NCBI GenBank assembly: GCA_963805625.1
Contig: CAWDVE010000012.1
Span: 32,001 to 96,000 of the forward strand
Length of the DNA stretch: 64,000 bases
Origin: an uncultured Candidatus Rokubacteria bacterium
Lineage (GTDB): Bacteria > Methylomirabilota > Methylomirabilia > Rokubacteriales > DASRDR01
Direction: 5' to 3'
The first letter of the stretch is position 1, and each line of letters opens with the position of its first letter. A program made the translations under genes and the position numbers. The notes beneath the pieces were generated by a model. It made no database searches and had not been told where the DNA came from. It saw only the letters and a program-made list of their open reading frames with translations. Below, piece after piece: positions 47,018 through 55,850 of this stretch.

Positions 47018-48721
47018 ATGCGGGGTGGCTTCGTCGTCTGCCTGAACGGAAACGGGCGCCTTCTCGACCAGGTCGTCGAGCACGTGCGCTGGCACCACGG
47101 CAAGGGCATCCGGGATCACCGCGATGGCCTGGAGATCGCCGCCCTCGTCGACGGCGCCGACGGCCCGGCCATCGAGATCGGAGCCGGCCGGACCGTCCTG
47201 GTCCATGGCGCCGCCCCGGCGCCCCTCGCCGAGCTCCAGCGCCGCGGGACGCGGTTCGCGGCGATCGAGTGGGACGGAGTGCGATTGCGCGCCAGCCGGG
47301 ATCCGATGGGCCTCGCCCCGCTGTTCTACCGGGCGTATCAGGGAGTCGTGTGGCTTGCCACGGAAGTGCAGCCCCTGGTCGCCCTGGGACGCGCGGCTCC
47401 GGACCTGGAAGCGCTCACGGCCAGGACCGCGTTCACCCCGATCGACGATCGGACGGGCTGGGAGGGCATCGGGCGCGTGCTCCCCGGGTCGACGCTCGAG
47501 TTCGGCCCCGATCGGCAAGTCTCCTCCGCCCGCTACTGGCAACCGGCCGAGGCCCTCGGTCGGTACCGGGGCAGTCGCGCCGAGGCGCTGGCGGAGTTCC
47601 GGGAGCGGTTCCGCACGGCGGTGGGGCGGTGCTACGAGCCCGGTGGCGGCATCCTGCTCAGCGGGGGTCTCGACTCGGCGGCGGTGGCCCTGACGGCGGC
47701 CGAGCAGGGGCAAACCCGCCCGCATCTGGTGCATGTCCACTTCCCCGACCTTCCCGAGACGCACGAGCAAGGATACGCCAGTGCGGTGGCGGCCGCCGTT
47801 GGCGCTCCGCTCCACGTCGTCCCCGGGCAGGTCGACCCCTGGGACGTGGACCCCGAGCTCGACGGCTGGGGAGGGATCGCTTACAGCTGGGTGCCCTACG
47901 GCATGGAGGACCCCGCCCTGGCCCACATGGCGGCCTCGGGTGTCACGGTGGCGCTGGACGGCCACGATGGAGATGGCGCCCTCGGTCCCCTCGGCTCCAA
48001 CTGGGGCGACATGATCCTGAAGGGGGAGCTTCGCCAAGTCGCCGCGCTGGCCGTGCGCCATGGCGCGTGGGCGCTCGTCCGCGGGGTCGCCGTCGATTTC
48101 CTTCCGCCGTACGCCTGGTTACGCCGGCTGGCCGGCCGCCCTCCCCGAGCAACCTACATGCAGTCGGTCGCTCACTACTTTCGCGGGCCCCTCCGCGACC
48201 GCAGCCTCGCGGCCGACATCGAGCGGTGGACGTGGCCGTCGAGGCGCTGGGGGGTGCGGCAGCTCCAGCCGCTGCTTCCGCGTGCGACGATCTCCTTCGA
48301 GCAGAAGGAGCTCGAGGCGGCTCGCCACGGCCTCGACATGCGCCATCCCTTTGCCGACCGTGAGCTGGTCGAGTTCCTCATCTCGCTCCCGTCGGCCGTG
48401 AAGAGCGATCCGATGCGTCCCAAGGCGATCCTCGTGGACAGCCTGAGCGACCTGCTTCCCAAGGCCGTCCAGCAGCGCCCAAAAAGCGACTACATGGCCG
48501 CCGTCCGACAGCGGGTGGACCCGGCCGCCTGCATCGAGAGGATCCGGGCCTCGGGCGTTCGCCTGCCGGGCATCGAGTACGGACGACTCCTGGACGACGC
48601 CCGGCTCGATCCCAACGGGCTGCCGCTGTTCTTCCTCGTCAATCTCACCCGGATCCACGCGTTCGCCCAGCGGGCCCTCGAAGCGGCCGGCGGCTCCGGG
48701 AAGGGGGCGCCCCATGTCTGA
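47018..48721 (+). CDS. Asparagine-synthetase-related ATP-dependent amide ligase (lasso-cyclase-like), lacking the glutaminase Cys
   Basis: RDPMGLAPLFY, LSGGLDS, GHDGD and RHPFADRELVEF motifs. The N-terminus is MRGG rather than MCG. Confidence 0.82.
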   Translation: MRGGFVVCLNGNGRLLDQVVEHVRWHHGKGIRDHRDGLEIAALVDGADGPAIEIGAGRTVLVHGAAPAPLAELQRRGTRFAAIEWDGVRLRASRDPMGLAPLFYRAYQGVVWLATEVQPLVALGRAAPDLEALTARTAFTPIDDRTGWEGIGRVLPGSTLEFGPDRQVSSARYWQPAEALGRYRGSRAEALAEFRERFRTAVGRCYEPGGGILLSGGLDSAAVALTAAEQGQTRPHLVHVHFPDLPETHEQGYASAVAAAVGAPLHVVPGQVDPWDVDPELDGWGGIAYSWVPYGMEDPALAHMAASGVTVALDGHDGDGALGPLGSNWGDMILKGELRQVAALAVRHGAWALVRGVAVDFLPPYAWLRRLAGRPPRATYMQSVAHYFRGPLRDRSLAADIERWTWPSRRWGVRQLQPLLPRATISFEQKELEAARHGLDMRHPFADRELVEFLISLPSAVKSDPMRPKAILVDSLSDLLPKAVQQRPKSDYMAAVRQRVDPAACIERIRASGVRLPGIEYGRLLDDARLDPNGLPLFFLVNLTRIHAFAQRALEAAGGSGKGAPHV

Positions 48722-49475
48722 CGCCGCGGCGGGGACGGGTTCGGCCGCGTCCGCGCTCGCGCGGGACGGCTTCGCCGGTCCGTTCCCGCTCGGGACCCCG
48801 GCCCAGATGAGCGTCGTGGCCCTCCAGCTGTTCAAGTCGGTGTTCACCCGGCCGGGACCCTTCGCCGACGACCCCTTCCTCGATCGCCACCTCGATTCGC
48901 CGCTGGTCGCCCACCTGGCCACGCATCCCGCGATCCTCGCCCGGGTCGAGCCGCTCCTGGGCGGCGACCTCGTCGCCTGGCGATCGATCTTCTTCGCCAA
49001 GGGCCCGACGAGCCGGGAAGTGCCGTGGCATCAGGACGGCCACTTCTGGAACCTCGATCCGCCGATCACGCTCACCGCGTGGCTCGCGATCGACCGCGCC
49101 CACGGCGCCGATCACTGCATGGAGGTCGTGCCCGGCTCCCACCGGACGGCGCTTCCGCACGTCCCGTCGGCTCCGGGATCCCAGTTCCCGGAGAGCACCG
49201 CCCCCGGGTCCTTCGACCTCTCCCGAGCGATCGAGCTGCCGGTGGATGCCGGGATGTTCGTCCTGTTCGACCAGCGCCTCGTGCACCGTTCGAAGGGAGG
49301 CGGCCAGGCGCGGCGCCTCGCCCTTTCGGTGAGGATCGCCCCCGCGCACGTCCGGATCCCCCCCCACTTGCTGCCTCCGGGTGGCCGCGTGCTGCCTTTT
49401 GGGTGGAGGTCCCTCGCCGAGTCACCCCTCGAGGCCTCCCGGTCCGCCTCGTCCGACCCGCGCCGCGCCTCGTGA
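48714..49475 (+). CDS. Phytanoyl-CoA dioxygenase (PhyH)-family Fe(II)/2OG oxygenase
   Basis: FFAKGP..VPWHQDG.FW, TAWLAID, VVPGSH and LVHRS..RRLA motifs. Confidence 0.88.
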   Translation: MSDAAAGTGSAASALARDGFAGPFPLGTPAQMSVVALQLFKSVFTRPGPFADDPFLDRHLDSPLVAHLATHPAILARVEPLLGGDLVAWRSIFFAKGPTSREVPWHQDGHFWNLDPPITLTAWLAIDRAHGADHCMEVVPGSHRTALPHVPSAPGSQFPESTAPGSFDLSRAIELPVDAGMFVLFDQRLVHRSKGGGQARRLALSVRIAPAHVRIPPHLLPPGGRVLPFGWRSLAESPLEASRSASSDPRRAS

Positions 49476-50341
49476 CGCGCCCCGGCGACGCCAGCCCGGC
49501 CGACGCCGCCATGCGGGAGGCGCGCGAGCAGTCCTGGTTCCACACGATCAATCTTCCCGACGGCAGCAGCACGCGCGGTGTCTTCGACAACCGGGGCGTG
49601 GCCCGGCTGGTGCAGTGGCCGGCCGGCCTGCCCGGCGGCCGGTGTCTCGACGTCGGGACGTGTGACGGCTTCTGGGCCTTCGAGATGGAGCGCCGCGGCG
49701 CCGCCGAGGTCACCGCGATCGACGTGGACGACCCCGCCCACCTCGACTGGTCGTGGGAGTCCCGCCGCAACCCAGACGCCACGCAGGCATGGCGGGCGCG
49801 TCGGGGCCACCGCTTCGACATCGCCCGCCGCGCTCTGGGGTCGCGGGTGAACCGGGTGGCCTGCTCCGTCTACGATCTCGACCCGTCCGTCCACGGCCGG
49901 TTCGACGTGGTCTTCTGCGGGACCCTGCTGGTGCATCTCCGGGACCCGGTCCGGGCGCTCGAGCGCATGCGCGAGGTCTGCGCGGGCGAGCTCGTTCTCG
50001 TCGAGTGCATCGACGCGGTCCTGGACGTGGTCGCCTGGCGGGTGCCTTGCGCCCGATTCACCCCGGCGGCCGAGCAGTGGTGGCGGCTCAATCGGGCCGG
50101 GCTCCTCCGCATGCTGCGGGTCGCCGGCTTCGACGTGCTGTGGGCGAGCCGCCGGTTTCACACGCCGTTCGGGCCGAGCGTGCTGCTTCACCCGTCCCGG
50201 CGGTTCGGGCCGCTCCGCGCCGGCCGGGCGGCGGTGGCCCAGGTGCTGCGGGCGTTCCCGAGCGCCCCGGTCCTGGCCGATGCCGCCGGGCTGGCGCTGG
50301 GCACGTACGACGTCGCCGTCCGCGCCCGGCCCCGACCGTGA
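49472..50341 (+). CDS. Class I SAM methyltransferase (CmoB/DUF1698-like)
   Basis: WFHTINL, RCLDVGTCDGFWAFEMERRGA and FDVVFCG.LLVHLRDP motifs. GTGA-coupled (alternative ATG at 49511). Confidence 0.85.
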   Translation: MTRPGDASPADAAMREAREQSWFHTINLPDGSSTRGVFDNRGVARLVQWPAGLPGGRCLDVGTCDGFWAFEMERRGAAEVTAIDVDDPAHLDWSWESRRNPDATQAWRARRGHRFDIARRALGSRVNRVACSVYDLDPSVHGRFDVVFCGTLLVHLRDPVRALERMREVCAGELVLVECIDAVLDVVAWRVPCARFTPAAEQWWRLNRAGLLRMLRVAGFDVLWASRRFHTPFGPSVLLHPSRRFGPLRAGRAAVAQVLRAFPSAPVLADAAGLALGTYDVAVRARPRP

Positions 50342-50468
50342 GCCGAGCGGTCCTGGTGAGCCGTCCTCGGGCGGCCGGTCCGGCGCGGTGGCGGGTCCCG
50401 GGGGTCCTCCGCTGCTGCCGGCCGAACGCCCTCTCGCGACTGCCGCTCAGAGTACTGCCGAAGTTGGC

Positions 50469-52523
50469 CTAGTGTCGCCGAGGATCCAACCCGAGGAATG
50501 GACCAAGCGGCGGGAGGCCATCGGCCGGGCGTCCGCCGGGCCCTGTCATGGGGATCTCGTCGAGGCGCTCGCACCCGCCGATCCCTAAGCCGCACTTGGG
50601 CCCGATCGAGTCAGCGGAGCTGCCGGTCGGCACGAGCAGCTGCGGGTGATCGAACGGTGCCTGCTCCTGGCGCACCCGCTCGTCGGTCAAGCTCCGCAGG
50701 AAGTCAACCAAGCGCTGGCCGTCGACCGCGTCGAACTCCATGAAGGACATGATCGGGTTCACGTCGGCGGCATTGACATCGGTGAAATCTCCGCGGCGGC
50801 GGTAGAACTCGAGGACCTGCTGCAGGGTGGCCTGGCCCCCGTTGTGAAAGTACGGCCCGGTGAGCTCCACGTTGCGGAGGAAGGGGATCTTGAAGGCTCC
50901 CTGCACCAGATCCCGGCCGTCGATCGGGCAGTCGCGGTTCGTGGCATTGCCACAAGGGGGGAGCGGCGGCGCGAACAACAGACCAGCGACCGCCGCCCGG
51001 GTGATGCTGAGCGGTTGACCGAGGACGACGGCGCCGCGGCCCACGTCCTCGCTGGTAGGACGCACCCCGATGTTGGCGAAGCCCGCTTCGTTGAACGCGA
51101 CGATGGGCATCTCGATCAGCTTGCCGTCCACGACCTGCACGGTCGTGGACAGCACGGGCCCGGCGGCGGCAGCGCCCAACTCGGGCCCCCCGTGGCAGAG
51201 GGCACAGTTGCCCCTTCCGACTCCGGCGAAGACGTCCCCGGCCGAAAAGGGATTCTTGATGAACGCGATCAGCCCCAGAAGCTGATCCTCGGTCAGGGCC
51301 GCATCGTCGCCATCCATGAAGCGGTCGAACGGGGTCTGGTCGGAGACGAGCAGTGACTCGTAGAGCTGGATGGCGAGACCGAAGAAGAGGCTGAAGTTGT
51401 TCTCCATCTGCGTGAAATCCCCCGCCCGCTTGGTCGAGGCCCACCACCGGGGTTCGAAGGCCCGCTCGATGAGGGCGGCGTACGTGGTGTCGAGCCCCGG
51501 CGGGCCACCCACGCGGGCGTCCGAGAGGGTGGTGGCGCGTGACAGGGGCCCCAGCACGCTGTCCCGCGGCGAGACGAGCTGCAAGCCAAGCGGTCGAAGC
51601 GAGAGCATCTTTCGTCCGAGCTGGGCGAACGTGCGACCATCGAACGACATCTCGACCGCCGAAAGCGGCGGCTCGACGGCCTGTGAGGCCAGGCTGGCGT
51701 GGTCGATGCTCACCGGGATCTTGACGAGGGTGGCATTCGTCGGATCCTCGACGAACACGCCCGCGGTACCATCGAGCGGCCCGAACGGGCTCGACCCGTT
51801 GAAGCCGCTCTTCGCCCGACCGTCCCAGAAGCTGTCCGGGCTGAAGACGGCGTTGATGACCGAGGGTGCGTTGCGGGGCTCGACCTGGCGAACAGCCCTG
51901 CCGTCTACTTCGAACACCGGATCGGACCTGGGCTCGCCGGCATCCGCGGCGTTGCCGGCGACGATCGCCGTGAGCGTGGCCCTGAATGCGCCCTGGGAGC
52001 CGACGACGTCATTGGTGTCGGCCAGCACGGTTCGTCGAGAGAAGTCGAGCGGGCCCCCGGTGTCGACGCGGTGGAGGGGGAAATCGCTCGGCTCGAGCGC
52101 GTAATTCGGAGCGAAGCGCGGGTGGCCGGTCTCGGTCCTCCTCACCCCCGCACCCGGGTTGCCGAAGCGAGTGTCGCCAGCGTTGACGCCCGGGTTGATC
52201 TGGTTCCTGACCCGGCTGTCGGCCCCGGCGTGGAAATGACAGGAGGCGCACGCTTGGCCATCGGAGCCCACCTGCATGTCCCAGAAGAGGGCCTTGCCGA
52301 GCTGACGGGCGGCAGTCCGACCGTCGTCGGTGTCGCGGATGAACTCGTGGAGATTGCTCGGCGTGGGCACGGCAACCCGGGCCAGGCTACCCAGTCTGGC
52401 GGCGCGTGCCTCCGCCCGGATGCCGGTCCGATTCAGCCTGGCACCGACTTCGCCGCCGGCGTGTGCGCTGCCCAGGACAACGAGGCAGAGCCCCCAGGCG
52501 AGTGACGGCGCCGCCCACGTCAT
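50469..52523 (-). CDS. Secreted di-heme cytochrome c peroxidase / MauG family protein
   Basis: Signal peptide, LGKALFWD, CASCH, RNAPSVIN, FWDGRA, CALCH and FKIP.LRNVELTGPYFHNG motifs. Confidence 0.88.
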   Translation of the reverse strand: MTWAAPSLAWGLCLVVLGSAHAGGEVGARLNRTGIRAEARAARLGSLARVAVPTPSNLHEFIRDTDDGRTAARQLGKALFWDMQVGSDGQACASCHFHAGADSRVRNQINPGVNAGDTRFGNPGAGVRRTETGHPRFAPNYALEPSDFPLHRVDTGGPLDFSRRTVLADTNDVVGSQGAFRATLTAIVAGNAADAGEPRSDPVFEVDGRAVRQVEPRNAPSVINAVFSPDSFWDGRAKSGFNGSSPFGPLDGTAGVFVEDPTNATLVKIPVSIDHASLASQAVEPPLSAVEMSFDGRTFAQLGRKMLSLRPLGLQLVSPRDSVLGPLSRATTLSDARVGGPPGLDTTYAALIERAFEPRWWASTKRAGDFTQMENNFSLFFGLAIQLYESLLVSDQTPFDRFMDGDDAALTEDQLLGLIAFIKNPFSAGDVFAGVGRGNCALCHGGPELGAAAAGPVLSTTVQVVDGKLIEMPIVAFNEAGFANIGVRPTSEDVGRGAVVLGQPLSITRAAVAGLLFAPPLPPCGNATNRDCPIDGRDLVQGAFKIPFLRNVELTGPYFHNGGQATLQQVLEFYRRRGDFTDVNAADVNPIMSFMEFDAVDGQRLVDFLRSLTDERVRQEQAPFDHPQLLVPTGSSADSIGPKCGLGIGGCERLDEIPMTGPGGRPADGLPPLGPFLGLDPRRH

Positions 52524-53107
52524 GGCCTGACGATCCCTCCGCTCGCCTGCAGCGCGCCGACTCTCCCGGGTGGTCGGGCCGCGCGTCGCCGCTTGCCCTG
52601 CGCCACGGGGCCGTGCGTCAGGGCTTCCTCCTCAACAAGGCGGATCGGTGCCGAGCGATGAGGAAAACGTTCGCTCGAACTCGGAGTGCCGTTCCAGGAG
52701 ATGGCTGCTGACCGAGAGGGGCCCGCCCGCTCGGCGCGGAGCAGGCCGCGCGTATCGATCAAGCCATTCTGCGCCAGGCGGAAGGTTGCCCGGGGCGACC
52801 AGACGGGTGCAGAGTTCCATCTCACGGAACGCGTGGCCCTCGCGATGTTCATGCTCGAGAATGACCGTCGCCGCGCCTGGAGCAGAGGCCACCCGGCCCC
52901 TGGCTCGTGATGTCTTCGTTCACGAGCGCTTCCGGTGCCGGAAGACGCGCCTGGCCATCCACCCTCATGCTCCCCGTACTCCGCCGGTGCGCCGCCGGCT
53001 ATGATAACAGTCGTGATCGGCGGTCGTGAACGGGTCGTCCGACCGGGTATCGGCGAGCGCCGGCCTGCTCGAGTACGCGCCGATGGCCTGCGGTCCGTGG
53101 GGAAGTC

Positions 53108-54262
53108 TCAGGGTCCGGGAAAGCTGTCGCCACTCCCCGTCCGCGGGTTCTGGGAGCGATCATTGCCGGTGCCGGATGCCCGATCGCCTGGCGTTCTTCG
53201 GCGCAGCGTCCGAAGGGTCGGGAGCACCACGGTCTCAACCAGCCGGCGAGCGAGTCTGCCCGGGATTACGACGGGGTGGACGAGCATCTGACGGTCGGGA
53301 TATACGAAGAATGCGGGGCTGTCGGGGTAGTTGGTGGCAGAGTACAACCACGTAGCGGCACTCTCATGGAAGACCTGCACGGAGTCGACCTCGAGGAGCA
53401 GCCCCGGGGAAAACTGCGCGAAGCGCTCGTCGTAGGTCATCTTGAGGCTGAACAGCCGTTCACCGGCAAGGACGTCGCACCTCATCGCTACCGTCGCGCC
53501 TGCTGCTTCCAGACTGAGCAAGCGGAGGCGATTGTCCGCGGCGAAAGCGGAACACACCGCGCGGAAGAAGTCTCCCTCACCGGCGATCGACAGCATGGCC
53601 GTTCTCGCGAGCCCCTTCCACCCGGCCGCCTCCATGGCCAGGAATCTCTCGACGGCCTGGGGCTCGGACCCCCGGTCGACGATCCGAAGCCGATCGCCGA
53701 GGACGCGCTCGAAGTTCCGGCGCTTCTGTCCCAGCTTCCGTCTCGTCCTCCCCATCAGGGTCTCATGGAGGTAGGTCGGACTCGGGCGGCGCTTGACAAA
53801 CGGGCAGATCGACGGCTCGGGCTCCAGGCTGGAACAGCGGGTTCCCTTCACCGCAGCCAGCAGCGCAGGTCCCACGGTCCCGTCCACCGGAATTCGGTGA
53901 AGGCGGAGTATCCGGCGAGGGCTCCAGCGAGTCGCGAGGAGCTCGATTGCCGTACGCAGGCCATCTTCAGCGTAGGCCGGATCCACGTGGGGGATCCCGA
54001 GGACATTCGGGATCCCCCACGCCGGCAGGCGAAACCGCGATATGCGCTCGTGGCTGTAGAGGGGAAGGCACGCGACCATGTCCGCCCCCTCCGAGATGGT
54101 GGCCAGCGTCACGGGGGTCCTCCGATGCCGGACCGTCGCTTCCAGATACGCGGGTTCGAAGAACGGGTTCGGCTCGGCGGCCCGGCGCACGAGATCGTGC
54201 CACGCCGAGATCTGCGCCGGCTCCAGATCGGCAACCGAGACGAGGCGGGCACGAAGGCTCAC
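53108..54262 (-). CDS. GNAT family acyltransferase (CelD/BcsL-like)
   Basis: AAEPNPFFEP, FLAMEAAGWKG and K.TYDERFAQFSPGLLL motifs. Confidence 0.82.
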   Translation of the reverse strand: MSLRARLVSVADLEPAQISAWHDLVRRAAEPNPFFEPAYLEATVRHRRTPVTLATISEGADMVACLPLYSHERISRFRLPAWGIPNVLGIPHVDPAYAEDGLRTAIELLATRWSPRRILRLHRIPVDGTVGPALLAAVKGTRCSSLEPEPSICPFVKRRPSPTYLHETLMGRTRRKLGQKRRNFERVLGDRLRIVDRGSEPQAVERFLAMEAAGWKGLARTAMLSIAGEGDFFRAVCSAFAADNRLRLLSLEAAGATVAMRCDVLAGERLFSLKMTYDERFAQFSPGLLLEVDSVQVFHESAATWLYSATNYPDSPAFFVYPDRQMLVHPVVIPGRLARRLVETVVLPTLRTLRRRTPGDRASGTGNDRSQNPRTGSGDSFPGP

Positions 54263-54348
54263 ACGGTCCTCGGTGTGGAGTCAACCGGCACGTGGAGACC
54301 TGCGCCATCCAACCGCCGGTCCACATCGTCAGGCATGGTACCCGACTG

Positions 54349-55716
54349 ATGACCGACGGACCCCGGGGGCCAGCCTCTCGAGGCGGCGGCCATGGTCGGG
54401 CCGGAGCGATACCCGGACTGCCCATCATCTGCCCGTGGGACGACGAGCTTCCGTGCTCGCCTGCCTCGCCTTCGCCCGAGCGTCGCGTGAGCATGGCCTG
54501 TCTGGGTCGGCACGGCCGCTGGGGCAACACCCTGATGGGGTACTTCTTCCTCCAAGCGTTCGCGCACGTGCATCAGATGATCCCCGAAGTGCCCCGCTGG
54601 ATCGGTCAGGACCTCTTCGGCCGCCGGGATGATTCGATGGGCCAACTGCACCCTGTCATCCTGTACGACATGGTCAGTCAGATCTGCCAGGAATCTCACC
54701 ACCCAATGGTAACATTCGACCTCGCAGCCGGCCGCGCGCGCGTCGCGCGAGAACGATACGGGCGCAGACTCTTCGTCCTGCGAGATCCGCTCCTGACCCG
54801 TCCGCCGCATCCACTCCCGGCCACTTCCGTGGACCTCGAGGGCCCCTACCTCGTGCACACGCGCAACCTCTCCCCGCACCGCGACCTTCTGCGCCGCCTG
54901 GTGCAGCTCCTTCCCGCCCTCCGCCTACCATTGGAGGCCGCCTGGCGGGATCTTCGCGGTCGCGGTGACGCGGTCATCGGTGTGCACGTGCGCCGAAGTG
55001 ACTTCGATCTGGCCTTTTCTCAGCAGGGCTTCGAGTTCATCGCGCCGATCCAATCGTACCTCCGGTGGCTGGAGTGGGTGTGGGCCCGGTACGAGCGTCC
55101 CGTGCTCTTCGTCGCGAGTGACTCGCTCGAGCGGGTCCTGCCCGCGTTTGCCCGCTATCGACCGGTCACCAGCCGGGATCTGGCGATGCGCTTTCCGTCC
55201 CACCTGCTGCATCCGGATCTGCCTCCCGCCCACGTCGAGCGGGATGCCCGCTTCTTTCCCGACTGGTTCATACTCTCTCGCTGTGACGCGGTGGCGATCT
55301 CCAATAGCTCGTTTTCCTTCACCGCGTGCATGATGAACGAGACCGGCTCGGTATTCGTACGCCCGAGGTTCCGACAGAAGGAACTCGTGCCATTCGACCC
55401 ATGGGACAGTGAACCGCTGCTGTTTCTGCCCGAGACCAGGAACGTGCTGTTCGACATTCTACAGAGACTCTCCCTAGTCCAGCGTGGCCTCGGCACCCGA
55501 GCCACGTTGCCACATCTGCGACGGGCGCTCCGCTGGTACCGGGGGCTGCTCAGGGTGCGGGCGATGGCGTGTCGGCAGCTCTTGGGTCCGAGTGGACTCC
55601 GTCGGGAACTGCTCCGACCCGAGTTCTACCTGGCAAGGAGCCGGCGGTACGAGGGAGCGTCGGCTGCCGCCGCTGGACCGGCGATCGAGACGCTCGGGAA
55701 CCCTTCACGTACCTGA
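54349..55716 (+). CDS. GT11-like (alpha-1,2-fucosyltransferase-like) glycosyltransferase
   Basis: GRWGNTL, VIGVHVRRSDF and DWFILSRCD..AISNSSFSF motifs. Start uncertain (54349 or 54493). Confidence 0.7.
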   Translation: MTDGPRGPASRGGGHGRAGAIPGLPIICPWDDELPCSPASPSPERRVSMACLGRHGRWGNTLMGYFFLQAFAHVHQMIPEVPRWIGQDLFGRRDDSMGQLHPVILYDMVSQICQESHHPMVTFDLAAGRARVARERYGRRLFVLRDPLLTRPPHPLPATSVDLEGPYLVHTRNLSPHRDLLRRLVQLLPALRLPLEAAWRDLRGRGDAVIGVHVRRSDFDLAFSQQGFEFIAPIQSYLRWLEWVWARYERPVLFVASDSLERVLPAFARYRPVTSRDLAMRFPSHLLHPDLPPAHVERDARFFPDWFILSRCDAVAISNSSFSFTACMMNETGSVFVRPRFRQKELVPFDPWDSEPLLFLPETRNVLFDILQRLSLVQRGLGTRATLPHLRRALRWYRGLLRVRAMACRQLLGPSGLRRELLRPEFYLARSRRYEGASAAAAGPAIETLGNPSRT

Positions 55717-55850
55717 CGGCACCGCAACGCCTCGACGGGCCGGCGCCTCACCGAGTCGACGTCGCGGCTCAAAGGAACGATAGGACAGGGCGCGACGGTG
55801 CGGAACGTGAGGAGGGGACCTTCGGGGCGGTCGTTGGTCGGAGCGGCAAG

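Noticed and set aside
41018-48721. Canonical lasso peptide cluster
   Set aside because: RRE, AsnB-like, kinase and NTase fit, but no B2 transglutaminase-like protease is visible and the precursor has no Asp/Glu at core positions 7-9 after a plausible Thr(-2) site.
52524-53107. Second precursor peptide or ncRNA in intergenic gaps (also 8410-8777 and 59815-60304)
   Set aside because: By eye I found no ORF with a good RBS and YxxP leader, and no recognisable tRNA, rRNA or riboswitch. An Infernal scan would be needed to exclude them.
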